Source of the DNA: Candidatus Kaiserbacteria bacterium
GTDB taxonomy: Bacteria; Patescibacteriota; Minisyncoccia; Phycocordibacterales; UBA2100
Direction: 5' to 3'
DNA length: 64,000 bases
NCBI GenBank assembly: GCA_016432285.1
Contig: CP066682.1
Coordinates: 188,273-252,272, forward strand
The notes beneath the pieces were generated by a model. That model saw only the letters and a program-made list of their open reading frames with translations. It had not been told where the DNA came from and did not search any database. Below, piece by piece: positions 17,408 to 27,065 of this stretch; the stretch's first letter is position 1; every line of letters begins with the position of its first letter. The position numbers and the translations under genes were made by a program.

Positions 17408-18595
17408 ATGCCAGAAGCAGGAGAAGTACAGCAGCCTCAAACGCACTACGGTCGATCGATCTTGATCGGCAGTACCGTACTTCTCGTTGTCGGATTCGGA
17501 GTCGCGTACTTTCTCATCGTCATGCAGGTCCCCTCGCGCGGGGGAACTACCGGCGGAGTAGGCAGATTGCAGCCACAAACGCTCCAGCAGCTCAAAAAGG
17601 CTGGCAACTACGAGGCCGCGCTTGCGGAATACGAACGGATCATGAGCGATCCCCTTAAGGACGCGAATGAGAAAGGGTTTGCGGTCATCAGTGGAACCAA
17701 CCTCAAGTTCACGCTGACGGCGGACATAAAAGACATGATCGAGGACGTGCAGCGATTAAAGGAGGTCGTGCTTGATCCGTCGGTGGAGACTCGCGTGCGT
17801 GTCGAGGCGCTCAATACGCTTTCGGCATCCGTCTGCCGATCCGGACGAGATCCGATCATTTTCGATGAGCTCTATAAGGATGAGCCATTCAAGCGATACC
17901 TCGTGCCGGGCGATCCCGATCTCTCCGCGCGTCTCATGGCGGAGTGGTCATATGACATGTCGCCCACGTCCTTTGCCGCGATTCGTATTGCACGTTGGTA
18001 CTCCGATCAAGTATTCAGAAACGGCACGCTCTCGGGAGAGAAGGTGAGTGAATACACGGCAGAAGCAGAAAAGTATATGGAGATCGCGGGGCAGCTCGTG
18101 GAAAAGGAGCTCAAGCGCTCCACGGATCGCACGCGGAGCATTACTTATATCGCGTATCGTATGTGGACGGCGATCACCGTTGGCCGACTTGCGACGGTGA
18201 AGGACGAGTACCGGGCGCAGTACAAAACCGAATTCGAAGACTTACTGAACTTCCTCACGGCCAATAAGAACGTGGGCGTTTTCGATTACCTGTACCTGGT
18301 GCGCGAGCACTACGCGCGCTTCATGATCCGCATAGACGGCAACACCGCCGGAGCAAAGGCCCAGCTCGACATCCTTGCGCGCGAGCTCCAAGAGTTTCCA
18401 ATACCGGACTCCAGTACCTACGTGAGACTTATGCGCAACGAGTCTACGTACAATCCCGGCGGATACCTCTGGAACAACTACAAAACCCTCATGTCGATCT
18501 CGCCGAGTTTCAAAGCGACGGTAGAGGAGCTCCTCATTCCCGACCCTGAGACTATCGGCAGTTCTGCGGCACCCCTGGAAACAGCGGAGTTTTAA
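17408..18595 (+). CDS. membrane-anchored alpha-helical partner protein 2 (395 aa)
   Basis: N-terminal TM; DPIIFDELY..EPF...VPGD...S...AEWS...PT; LMSISPSFK. Confidence 0.8.
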   Translation: MPEAGEVQQPQTHYGRSILIGSTVLLVVGFGVAYFLIVMQVPSRGGTTGGVGRLQPQTLQQLKKAGNYEAALAEYERIMSDPLKDANEKGFAVISGTNLKFTLTADIKDMIEDVQRLKEVVLDPSVETRVRVEALNTLSASVCRSGRDPIIFDELYKDEPFKRYLVPGDPDLSARLMAEWSYDMSPTSFAAIRIARWYSDQVFRNGTLSGEKVSEYTAEAEKYMEIAGQLVEKELKRSTDRTRSITYIAYRMWTAITVGRLATVKDEYRAQYKTEFEDLLNFLTANKNVGVFDYLYLVREHYARFMIRIDGNTAGAKAQLDILARELQEFPIPDSSTYVRLMRNESTYNPGGYLWNNYKTLMSISPSFKATVEELLIPDPETIGSSAAPLETAEF

Positions 18596-18599
18596 TCTT

Positions 18600-19382
18600 G
18601 TGCGAGTCGCACTCCTGTCATTACGAGGGGGCCGGTTGGCAGCCGTTGCTGTAGTGCTTGGCGTATTGGCATTCGTTGGAAGCAGCGACATGACAGTACT
18701 TCTCCAAAACGCTCAGTTACTTTTCTTTCCGTCTGCCGCCTCAGCGTATAACTTTGGCAATCAGCACTTCGACGCGCGCAGTGGATACGAATACGACATC
18801 GACCGGGCGGAGTCGCTCTACCAAGAAGCGCTCCGCATCGACCCACAGTTTCCCTACGCGCGACACCAGCTCGCCCGCATCTCATTTTTGAGGGGCGATT
18901 TCAAGAGCGCGCTTGTGCTGATCAACGAAGAGCTCTTCACGAATCCCGATCCCTCTCCGTCCTCGTACTACATCCGGGGCCTCATTGAGGGGTACGCAGG
19001 ACGCTACGACGACGCAGCCAAAAGCTACGAGCGCTATCTGGAGCGTGATCCGCGCAATTGGGCGGCGATCAATGATTACGCGTGGGTGCTCCTGCGGGCA
19101 GGGAGGTCAGAGGATGCCGCGATCGCCACCGCCGAGGGCCTCGCATATTTTCCCGAGAATCCATGGCTTTTGAACAGCAACGCGACCGCGCTTTTTGAGC
19201 TTGGCCTCACGAAGGAGGCGAGCGCCGTCATACAAAAGGCGGGGGAGAGCGCAGCTTCCATCACCGAACCAATGTGGCTCACGGCGTATCCCGGCAACGA
19301 TCCTCGGATCGCGCGACAGGGAATCGAGACGCTCCAGCGTGCGATTGCGTCCAATAAGCTCCGCTTTGCCGATCCCGAATAA
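18600..19382 (+). CDS. membrane-anchored tetratricopeptide repeat protein
   Basis: TPR-like repeats (AESLYQEALRIDP, YYIRGLI...YDDAAKSYERYLERDP). Confidence 0.8.
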   Translation: MRVALLSLRGGRLAAVAVVLGVLAFVGSSDMTVLLQNAQLLFFPSAASAYNFGNQHFDARSGYEYDIDRAESLYQEALRIDPQFPYARHQLARISFLRGDFKSALVLINEELFTNPDPSPSSYYIRGLIEGYAGRYDDAAKSYERYLERDPRNWAAINDYAWVLLRAGRSEDAAIATAEGLAYFPENPWLLNSNATALFELGLTKEASAVIQKAGESAASITEPMWLTAYPGNDPRIARQGIETLQRAIASNKLRFADPE

Positions 19383-19455
19383 TTTTCCGCACTGACTGTC
19401 AACAGCGCGAAGAAAATTGCGCTCCATGAAGCGCGAGCGTGTGTATACTGAAGTT

Positions 19456-19911
19456 ATGAGTTCGCGCTTCGCGACCTACGCGTTTCTCGTTTTTCTCGCG
19501 CTCACACTGCTCGTTTCTTTCGCCTCGTTTGCATACGCGCAGACCGACGAAGAGCTCCGCTCCACTGTCCGTGCGGCGATTCTCTCGGATCCACGCTCGG
19601 CAAGTATGAGCGAAGCGGAAATCGACGCGATGGTTGAAGCTCTTTCGGGTCAGGCGGCGGAGCAAGGCGTAACGGCCTCCGACATAACGTGGCAGCCGCA
19701 GCAGAGCGAGTTCCCTGCGACTTCCAAAGGGGAGCCGACCTCCTGCGCCTACCCCACACTCCTCTGCTCGCTCAATGAGGCGTTCGGCCTATCCGGATCG
19801 TCGATTCTGTTACCCACAGCTCTCGGGGTGGTCTCGGCGCTCCTCCTTGCGGTTGTTGCTATGATGATTGAACACCACCGCAAAGAGCGGTTCTCCGCAC
19901 AACGCGCATGA
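19456..19911 (+). CDS. secreted protein with C-terminal TM anchor (paralog A)
   Basis: Signal AYA-QTDEELRSTVRAAILSDPRSASMSEAEID; C-terminal TM then EHHRK. Confidence 0.75.
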   Translation: MSSRFATYAFLVFLALTLLVSFASFAYAQTDEELRSTVRAAILSDPRSASMSEAEIDAMVEALSGQAAEQGVTASDITWQPQQSEFPATSKGEPTSCAYPTLLCSLNEAFGLSGSSILLPTALGVVSALLLAVVAMMIEHHRKERFSAQRA

Positions 19912-20894
19912 TCCCTACCAGTACGTCCAGGTCAGTCCGAGCTCGCCTGATTGTTGCCGCGGCTCTCACGATCATCGCTCTCCTTGTATACGCGGCGACG
20001 GTTTCGAGCGACCGTGCGGGTTTCGCATCTTCGGAAGTGCAATTCGCCGACGCCTCGCAAGGCGGCGCGCTCATCGTGCCAGCTTCGTGCCCCTCGAATC
20101 CACACTACGCGGGCGAGTGCAGCGGCGGAGGTGGCGGAGGTGGCAGCAACAATCCACCCGCAGCGCCCTCAAGCAATGCCTGCATCATCGCGCTCTCTCC
20201 CTCCACCATCGTGAGCGGCCAGAGCGCGTTCATGGGCTGGTCATCCACGTACGCGATTTTCGGCATTCCCTTCGTCGTGTCGGGCACGATCACGCCGACT
20301 CCTGGGGCGGTTGCCGATGCTGGCGTAACAACCGTCAACCCGACACAGACGACCACCTACAGCGGCACTTTTACCCCAAGCGGTAGCGTGCAGGGCATAC
20401 CGCAGAGCTGGCTCACGCCCGTCAATTGTTCGGCGGCGCTCACGGTCCTCACGAGCGCACCGGGTGCGGGAGCGTGCGCGCAGGTCAACTTCTGCAACGG
20501 CAGCGCGCTCTACCAGCAGCAAACCAACTGCACTGACGTGCTCGTGCAGCAATGCCCCTACGGCTGCTCCAACGGTGCATGCCAGGGAGCCGCAGCACCC
20601 ACCGCGTTCATCAGAGCGGTGCCCTCGCTCGTGCGCGCTGGCGAGCAGAGCACGATCTCGTGGAGCTCCTCCAACGCGGCTTCGTGCAACGTCACGAGCG
20701 TACCGGCCGTCGGAGGGACCCCGTGGTCGGGTCTCTCGGGGAGTCAGGATACGCCAATCGGCTACCAGACCACCTTTACGCTCTCGTGCCTCGGCCTCAA
20801 CGGCTCCACGATCAACCGCTCTGCGGTCGTCGACATCCTCCCGGTCTTCTGCGAAGTCGGCGCACCGGATTGCGATATTCAGCCCGGACAATAA
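19908..20894 (+). CDS. Cys-rich Ig-like surface protein
   Basis: TM, beta-rich Ig-like segments (STISWSSSNAASC, TTFTLSC), CPYGCSNGAC module. Confidence 0.7.
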   Translation: MIPTSTSRSVRARLIVAAALTIIALLVYAATVSSDRAGFASSEVQFADASQGGALIVPASCPSNPHYAGECSGGGGGGGSNNPPAAPSSNACIIALSPSTIVSGQSAFMGWSSTYAIFGIPFVVSGTITPTPGAVADAGVTTVNPTQTTTYSGTFTPSGSVQGIPQSWLTPVNCSAALTVLTSAPGAGACAQVNFCNGSALYQQQTNCTDVLVQQCPYGCSNGACQGAAAPTAFIRAVPSLVRAGEQSTISWSSSNAASCNVTSVPAVGGTPWSGLSGSQDTPIGYQTTFTLSCLGLNGSTINRSAVVDILPVFCEVGAPDCDIQPGQ

Positions 20895-20905
20895 TCCTCA
20901 ATACT

Positions 20906-21358
20906 ATGCACGCATATCTGAAACTTCGCACCGCATTCATCGTTACGCTTGCCCTCATCACCCTGAGCGCGCTTCCGCTCTTTGCCCATGCGCAGAGCGA
21001 CGAGGAGCTGCGCTCCACGATTCGCGCCGCAATCGTCGCAGATCCCCGCTCGGCCAGCATGAGTGAGGCGGAAATCGACGTGATGGTGGAGGCACTCGCC
21101 ACACAGGCGAAGGCCACCGGCGTCACGGCACGCGACGTCGAGAGTGCCGCGCGGGCGAGTCAGAATACACAGCGCCGCTCACCGTACGCGAGCGAATGCA
21201 CGAGCTTCATCTGCAAGGTCAACGAGGCGTTCGGCATCACCGGCAACGCAAGTGTGATCGCGGTTGCCATGGGCGTGACCGCCGCCGTGCTCCTCTTTGT
21301 GATCGGCATGCTCATCGAACACCATCGCCGCAAGCTCACAGGCTCCAATCCGCTCTAG
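20906..21358 (+). CDS. secreted protein with C-terminal TM anchor (paralog B)
   Basis: AHA-QSDEELRSTIRAAIVADPRSASMSEAEID...NEAFG...MLIEHHRRK, homologous to 19456-19911. Confidence 0.75.
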   Translation: MHAYLKLRTAFIVTLALITLSALPLFAHAQSDEELRSTIRAAIVADPRSASMSEAEIDVMVEALATQAKATGVTARDVESAARASQNTQRRSPYASECTSFICKVNEAFGITGNASVIAVAMGVTAAVLLFVIGMLIEHHRRKLTGSNPL

Positions 21359-21375
21359 CGCTCTCGTGTGTGGGG

Positions 21376-21404
21376 TTGCATTTCACGGGGCGCGCCTGTA
21401 TAGT
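21376..21404 (+). promoter_or_regulatory. promoter of rplC operon
   Basis: TTGCAT-N17-TATAGT. Confidence 0.7.
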
Positions 21405-21498
21405 GCCCGCACATTCTCTTTGAGAATGTCCCATGTCCCCATACGGGACCAATGGTTCGGGAAAACGCCCGCCATTGTGGGCGTTTTGTCATAACACT

Positions 21499-22107
21499 AT
21501 GAAATTCATGCTCGGCACCAAGGGTCGTATGACGCAGATTTTCGATGAAAGCGGCGTCGTGAAGGCCGCGACGATCGTCGTCGCGGGGCCTCTCACCGTG
21601 ACACAGGTGAAAACCAAGGATAAGGATGGTTACGCCGCCGCGCAGGTGGGCTTTGGATCCATGAAGGAAAAGAACGTGTCGCAGGCAAAAAAGGGCCACC
21701 TCAAGGACCTCGCGTTTTCTCGGCATCTTCGAGAGTTTCAGCCGGAGGGCGAGGTGAAGCGCGGGGATTCCATCGACGTGTCGATCTTCGCGCCGGGCGA
21801 CACGGTCGCCGTTTCGGCGATCTCCAAGGGCAAAGGATTCCAGGGCGTCGTAAAGCGACACGGCTTTTCGGGCGGCCCCCGCAGCCACGGCCAGAAAAAT
21901 AAGGAGCGCGCACCCGGCTCCATCGGTGGCGGCGGACGCGCGGGTGGCCGCGTAGTGAAGGGCATGCGGATGGCTGGTCGCATGGGAGGAGATCGGATCA
22001 CCGTCAAAAACCTGAAAGTCTTGCAGGTCGACCCTGCGTCGCACACGCTTCTCATTTCCGGCGCCATTCCCGGCTCACCCGGCACGCTCGTCGAGATTCG
22101 CGGCTAA
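21499..22107 (+). CDS. rplC: 50S ribosomal protein L3
   Basis: LGTKGRMTQIF, SKGKGFQGVVKRHGF, MAGRMG. Confidence 0.98.
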   Translation: MKFMLGTKGRMTQIFDESGVVKAATIVVAGPLTVTQVKTKDKDGYAAAQVGFGSMKEKNVSQAKKGHLKDLAFSRHLREFQPEGEVKRGDSIDVSIFAPGDTVAVSAISKGKGFQGVVKRHGFSGGPRSHGQKNKERAPGSIGGGGRAGGRVVKGMRMAGRMGGDRITVKNLKVLQVDPASHTLLISGAIPGSPGTLVEIRG

Positions 22108-22117
22108 TTTCAATACT

Positions 22118-22786
22118 ATGGAAGCACCAATCTACAATGCGGCAGGAAAAAAGAGCGGTTCGCTCGAGCTTCCGGAGCAGATCTTCAGCATCGAGTGGAA
22201 CGACTCGCTCATGCACCAGGTGGTAACCGCGATGCAAGGCAACGCGCGCCCCACGGTCGCGCACACGAAGACTCGCGGCGACGTGCGCGGCGGCGGTCGC
22301 AAGCCATGGCAGCAGAAGGGTACCGGCCGCGCGCGGCACGGATCGATCCGAAGTCCGATCTGGCGGGGCGGCGGTATCACGCACGGTCCGCGTGCCGACA
22401 AAAACTACTCGCGCACGATCCCGAAAAAGATGCGCGCCCGCGCTCTCTTCATGGCGCTCTCCCGCAAGATGAAAGACGGCGAGATCCTGTTCGTCGATTC
22501 CTTCGGCATCGACTCTCCCAAGACGGCGGCAGCCAAAAAGGCGCTCGTCTCCTTCTCGAAAATCTCCGGGTTTGAAAAGCTCGCCACCAAAAAGAAAAAT
22601 GCGGCGATCGTCGCCTTCGCGATGCCGAACGACGCTTCCGAAAAGTCTTTCCGCAACATCGGCAATGTGAAGACGCTCGACGTGCGCAGCTTGAATCCGG
22701 TCGCGGTGCTCGGGAGCACGTTCGTCATCATCGAAAACCCCGAGGCGTCCGTCGCCACCCTCTTGAGCCGCTCGGCCAAAAAATAG
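22118..22786 (+). CDS. rplD: 50S ribosomal protein L4
   Basis: KPWQQKGTGRARHGSIRSPIWRGGG. Confidence 0.98.
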   Translation: MEAPIYNAAGKKSGSLELPEQIFSIEWNDSLMHQVVTAMQGNARPTVAHTKTRGDVRGGGRKPWQQKGTGRARHGSIRSPIWRGGGITHGPRADKNYSRTIPKKMRARALFMALSRKMKDGEILFVDSFGIDSPKTAAAKKALVSFSKISGFEKLATKKKNAAIVAFAMPNDASEKSFRNIGNVKTLDVRSLNPVAVLGSTFVIIENPEASVATLLSRSAKK

Positions 22787-22787
22787 T

Positions 22788-23174
22788 ATGGCGCTCTTCT
22801 CACGAAAAAAGACAGCCGCTCCCGCAAAAGCTGCGGACACTGAAGAAAAGAAAGTGGCACGTGCGGAAAATGCTCCGCAGACTGGCTCGGGCGCTCGTAC
22901 GGCACACGTCTTGAAAAATCCGCGCATCACCGAAAAGGCCACTGCTCACAGCGCCGAGGGCATCTACACCTTCGATGTGGCCGATGAGGCGACGAAGCGC
23001 CAGATTCTTCAGGCGGTCGCTGCGGTGTACGGCGTCCACCCGAAGTACGTGCGGATCGCGCAGGTGCCGCAGAAAATCCGCAAAAGCATGCGGACAGGGA
23101 AGCGCGGCATCAAAAAGGGCGGCAAAAAAGCCTACGTGTATCTCAAGAAAGGAGACACGATAACCATTCTCTAA
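22788..23174 (+). CDS. rplW: 50S ribosomal protein L23
   Basis: PRITEKA, KKAYVYL; operon position. Confidence 0.95.
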   Translation: MALFSRKKTAAPAKAADTEEKKVARAENAPQTGSGARTAHVLKNPRITEKATAHSAEGIYTFDVADEATKRQILQAVAAVYGVHPKYVRIAQVPQKIRKSMRTGKRGIKKGGKKAYVYLKKGDTITIL

Positions 23175-23178
23175 TTCT

Positions 23179-24021
23179 ATGAAGCAATACAAACCGACAA
23201 CTAAGAGCAGCCGCGCGAAGACGACGATCGAGTTCCGCAATCTCTTGAGCGGACACCGTCCGCACAAGGCGCTTCTCAAAGGCAAAGGCTCGACCGGAGG
23301 CCGCAACGTCTACGGCCGCATCACCACCCGCCACCATGGCGGCGGTCACAAGAAGCGCCTGCGGCTCGTGGATTTTCGTTTCGACAAAAAGAATATTCCC
23401 GCGACGATCAAGAGCATTGAGTACGATCCTTTCCGCAGCGCTTTCATCGGGCTCGCGGTGTATGCCGACGGCGAAAAGCGATACGTCGTCGTGCCGCGGA
23501 CCTTGAAGGTGGGCGACACCTTCATGGTGGGCGAGAACGCTCCTCTCAAGAGCGGCAACCGCCTTCCACTTTCCAATATCCCGGTGGGTACCTTCGTCTA
23601 CAACGTTTCGCTGAAGCCCGGCGCAAAGGCAGCGCTCGTCCGCTCGGCCGGCAACTACGCGGAAGTGATCGCGCAGGATTCCGGGTACACGCACCTGAAG
23701 CTCCCGTCGACCGAAGTGCGCCGCATCATCGGCTCCTCCTGGGCGTCCGTCGGCGAGGTCTCGAACGAAGAGCACCGACTCGTGAATATCGGCAAGGCGG
23801 GAAGAAGCCGCTGGATGGGAGTGCGCCCGACCGTGCGCGGATCAGCGATGAACCCGGTGGATCACCCGCACGGCGGCGGTGAAGGTCGCCAGGGTCGCGG
23901 ACACCGGCGCCAGCGCACGCTCTGGGGCAAGCCCGCGGGCAAAGGCCAGAAGACGCGCCGCCCGAAAAAATATTCCAACGTGTTTATCGTTTCGCGCAGA
24001 AAGGTTGGTAAACGCTCATAA
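23179..24021 (+). CDS. rplB: 50S ribosomal protein L2
   Basis: [21 protein letters not shown]. Confidence 0.99.
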   Translation: MKQYKPTTKSSRAKTTIEFRNLLSGHRPHKALLKGKGSTGGRNVYGRITTRHHGGGHKKRLRLVDFRFDKKNIPATIKSIEYDPFRSAFIGLAVYADGEKRYVVVPRTLKVGDTFMVGENAPLKSGNRLPLSNIPVGTFVYNVSLKPGAKAALVRSAGNYAEVIAQDSGYTHLKLPSTEVRRIIGSSWASVGEVSNEEHRLVNIGKAGRSRWMGVRPTVRGSAMNPVDHPHGGGEGRQGRGHRRQRTLWGKPAGKGQKTRRPKKYSNVFIVSRRKVGKRS

Positions 24022-24044
24022 TTTTGTGTATAGTCGCCACTTGT

Positions 24045-24383
24045 ATGTCACGATCGCTTAAAAAAGGTCCGTACGTCGATGAGAAGCTCATGAAAAAAGT
24101 GGGCGCTCGAAAGCCGTCCGGCGGAGCGATCAAAACCTGGGCGCGCGCCTCGCAAATCGCCCCCGAATTCGTCGGTTACACCTTTCTCGTGCACAAGGGC
24201 AAGGACTTCGAAGAGGTGTTCGTGACCGAAGATATGGTGGGGCACCGGCTCGGCGAGTTCGCGCCGACGACGAAATTCATCAAACACGGCGGAAAGATGC
24301 AGAAAGAAGCCGAGATGGCCGCGAAGGCGGCTGAGGTCGCCGCCGCGCAGGCAGCCAAGGCCACGGCCGACGCGAAGAAATAG
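24045..24383 (+). CDS. rpsS: 30S ribosomal protein S19
   Basis: [23 protein letters not shown]. Confidence 0.98.
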   Translation: MSRSLKKGPYVDEKLMKKVGARKPSGGAIKTWARASQIAPEFVGYTFLVHKGKDFEEVFVTEDMVGHRLGEFAPTTKFIKHGGKMQKEAEMAAKAAEVAAAQAAKATADAKK

Positions 24384-24384
24384 T

Positions 24385-24774
24385 ATGAAAGCCCTCCTCA
24401 CCAACTACCGCCAGTCGCCCCGTAAGGTCCGCCTTGTGGCCGACCTCATTCGCGGCAAATCGATCGCGCAAGCGAAGGCCGCGCTCAAATACCTGCCGAA
24501 GAAATCGTCGCCCGCGATTGAGCGGCTCCTTGACTCCGCGGTCGCCAACGCGCGCTCTCGCGGCATCGGGCCAGAGAACCTCATCGTCGGCAAAATCACC
24601 GTCGACAAGGGCACGGTGATGCGCCGCTACCGTCCCTTCGCTCGCGGCCGCGCCGGCTCCGTCAGGAAGACCATGAGCATCGTCAACCTTGAGCTCGCGA
24701 TGGCAAAACCGAAAGCCGCAAAAAAGGCGAACATCGCGAAACCCACCGCTAAAAAAGGAGACGAGACAAAATAA
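24385..24774 (+). CDS. rplV: 50S ribosomal protein L22
   Basis: RQSPRKVRLVADLIRG, SAVANA. Confidence 0.98.
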   Translation: MKALLTNYRQSPRKVRLVADLIRGKSIAQAKAALKYLPKKSSPAIERLLDSAVANARSRGIGPENLIVGKITVDKGTVMRRYRPFARGRAGSVRKTMSIVNLELAMAKPKAAKKANIAKPTAKKGDETK

Positions 24775-24775
24775 T

Positions 24776-25453
24776 ATGACACACACCGTACATCCATATG
24801 CACACCGCCTCGGCGTGATCCGCGACTGGAAGAGCCGCTGGTTTGCCAAATCGCCCGCCGAGTACCGCACCAACGTGATGATCGACACGACGATCCGCCG
24901 TTTCCTCAAGAAGCGCCTTCGCGGCATGTACGTTACGTCGGTTGAGATCGAGCGCAACCAGAGTGCCATCCGCATCGTCATCAAGACCTCGCGGCCGGGT
25001 CTCGTGATCGGGCGCGGGGGAGAGGGCTCGCAGAAACTCCAGAAGGAAGTTGAGGCGAAGGTCCGCACGGTGAAGGGTGCGCCGAAGATGGCGGTCCGTA
25101 TCGATATCGAAGAAGTACGTTCGCCGGAGAGCCAGGCGCCGGTCGTCGCGTACATGATCGCCGAGGGACTCGAGAAGCGCCAGACCTTCCGCCGCGTGCT
25201 GAAGCAGACGGTGGAGAAGGTGATGGCGAACCGCGACGTTCAGGGAGTGCGCATCGGGATTTCCGGCCGCCTCGGCGGCGCAGAAATGTCGCGCCAAGAA
25301 GAGATCAAACGCGGTCGCGTGCCGCTCCAGACCCTGCGGGCCGACATCGACTTCGCTCGCGAGGAGGCGTACCTTCCGTACGGTGTGATCGGGATTAAGG
25401 TGTGGATTTACCGCGGTGAGATTTTCGCCAAAAAGGACGAGCGCCGCGCATAA
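24776..25453 (+). CDS. rpsC: 30S ribosomal protein S3
   Basis: HPYAHRLG, RPGLVIGRGG, GRVPLQTLRADID, GIKVWI. Confidence 0.98.
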   Translation: MTHTVHPYAHRLGVIRDWKSRWFAKSPAEYRTNVMIDTTIRRFLKKRLRGMYVTSVEIERNQSAIRIVIKTSRPGLVIGRGGEGSQKLQKEVEAKVRTVKGAPKMAVRIDIEEVRSPESQAPVVAYMIAEGLEKRQTFRRVLKQTVEKVMANRDVQGVRIGISGRLGGAEMSRQEEIKRGRVPLQTLRADIDFAREEAYLPYGVIGIKVWIYRGEIFAKKDERRA

Positions 25454-25457
25454 AAAT

Positions 25458-25880
25458 ATGTTGGCACCGAAAAAAGCAAAATTCAGAAAGTGGCAGACCG
25501 GACGCCGCCGCGGCGCGCGCCTCAATAAGCCCGAGACCCGTGGCATTCATGTCGCCTTCGGCGCCTTTGGTTTGAAGGCCGTAACGCAGGCGCGCATCAC
25601 TTCCAACCAGCTCGAGGCCGCTCGGCGTGCGCTCACGCACTCTGCCGGCAAGACCGCCAAGATCTGGATCCGCGTTTTCCCTGACCGCCCTTTTACGCAG
25701 AAAGCGGCGGAGGTTGGTATGGGATCCGGCAAGGGCGATGTGATGGGGTACGTCGTCGACGTGCGCCCGGGTCGCATTCTTTTTGAGATCGATGGCGCAC
25801 CGGAAGAGATGGCGCGTGAAGCGCTTCGGAAGGCCGGCACGAAGCTCCCGCTCAAAGCACGCGTCGTCGCCCGCGAATAG
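25458..25880 (+). CDS. rplP: 50S ribosomal protein L16
   Basis: MLAPKKAKFRK, IWIRVFPD, MGSGKG. Confidence 0.98.
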   Translation: MLAPKKAKFRKWQTGRRRGARLNKPETRGIHVAFGAFGLKAVTQARITSNQLEAARRALTHSAGKTAKIWIRVFPDRPFTQKAAEVGMGSGKGDVMGYVVDVRPGRILFEIDGAPEEMAREALRKAGTKLPLKARVVARE

Positions 25881-25904
25881 TTCGACAAGCTCACCACAGG
25901 TACT

Positions 25905-26108
25905 ATGACTGACTACAAGGACAAAAATAGGGAGGATCTTCTCAAGGTTGTCTCGCAAAAACGCGAAGCCCTGCGGCTCTTCCGCTTCGGAGGTGCTGGT
26001 AGCCGCACCCGCAACACGCGTGAGGGCCGTACGCTCCGCAAAGAAATCGCGCAGATTCTCACCGAGCTTCGATCGCGGGAAATTGCATCCGTCGCGAAGA
26101 CGAAGTAG
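25905..26108 (+). CDS. rpmC: 50S ribosomal protein L29
   Basis: LRLFRF...LRKEIAQILT; operon position. Confidence 0.92.
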   Translation: MTDYKDKNREDLLKVVSQKREALRLFRFGGAGSRTRNTREGRTLRKEIAQILTELRSREIASVAKTK

Positions 26109-26120
26109 AGTAGCTTTTTT

Positions 26121-26363
26121 ATGGAAACAACCGCAAAAACTGGAAAGGTATTCAAGGGCGTCGTCGTCAAGTCGGCGATGAAGGACACCGTTACCGTGTC
26201 GGTGGAGCGCTACGTGCAGCACCCGAAATACAAGAAGTACCTGCGCCGTTCCAAGAAGTACCTCGTCCACAACCCGGGCAACACCTTGCAGGTGGGCGAT
26301 ACGGTAACGATTCGCGAGACGCGTCCGATCTCGAAGCGCAAGCGCTTCGTGGTCGCTCAATAA
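26121..26363 (+). CDS. rpsQ: 30S ribosomal protein S17
   Basis: HPKYKK, ETRPISKRKRF. Confidence 0.97.
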   Translation: METTAKTGKVFKGVVVKSAMKDTVTVSVERYVQHPKYKKYLRRSKKYLVHNPGNTLQVGDTVTIRETRPISKRKRFVVAQ

Positions 26364-26367
26364 TTCT

Positions 26368-26748
26368 ATGTTGCAAGATCGAAGCCTCGTGAAAATAGCG
26401 GACAACTCGGGCGGCATTATCGGCCGCGTCTTCAAGGTTTTGGGCGGCTCCAAAAAACGCTATGCCGGCATCGGCGAGGAGGTGGTGATCTCGATCCAGA
26501 CCGCGCAGCCGAGAAAGCTCGTCAAGAAAAAGGAAGTGCACCGCGCGGTCGTCGTCCGCCAGAGCAAGCCCTTCCGCCGCAAAGACGGCTCGTACGTGCG
26601 CTTCGACGAGAACGCCGTCGTGCTCGTCGTCGGCTCCGGCAAAGAGCCGAAGGAGCCGAAGGCCAACCGCGTGTTCGGCCCGATTCCGCGCGAAGTCGGC
26701 GAGGCCGGATACCAAAAGATTGCATCGCTCGCGCCCGAAGTCGTATAA
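26368..26748 (+). CDS. rplN: 50S ribosomal protein L14
   Basis: ADNSG, RFDENAVV, RVFGPIPRE, SLAPEVV. Confidence 0.98.
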   Translation: MLQDRSLVKIADNSGGIIGRVFKVLGGSKKRYAGIGEEVVISIQTAQPRKLVKKKEVHRAVVVRQSKPFRRKDGSYVRFDENAVVLVVGSGKEPKEPKANRVFGPIPREVGEAGYQKIASLAPEVV

Positions 26749-26752
26749 CGAT

Positions 26753-27064
26753 ATGAAACTCAAAAAAGGAGACAAAGTGATGGTCGTCGCCGGAAAAAGC
26801 CGCGGCAAGAGCGGTACGATCGTGCGCGTGCTGCCGCGCGAGAATCTCGTCGTGCTCGACGGCGTCAATCTCGTAAAGCGCCACCGCCGCCCCAACGCGC
26901 AAAACCGCAAGGGCCAGATCATCGACAAGCCGGCTCCGATTCACGCTTCCAACGTAATGATCCTCGACCCGAAAAGCGGCAAGCCCACGCGCATCAAGTT
27001 TCAGCGTAGTGCCGAAGGCGTGCGCACCCGCATCGCGGTAAAGAGTGGACAGGCACTCAAATAA
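26753..27064 (+). CDS. rplX: 50S ribosomal protein L24
   Basis: KKGDKVMVVAGKSRGKSG, PIHASNV. Confidence 0.97.
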   Translation: MKLKKGDKVMVVAGKSRGKSGTIVRVLPRENLVVLDGVNLVKRHRRPNAQNRKGQIIDKPAPIHASNVMILDPKSGKPTRIKFQRSAEGVRTRIAVKSGQALK

Positions 27065-27065
27065 T

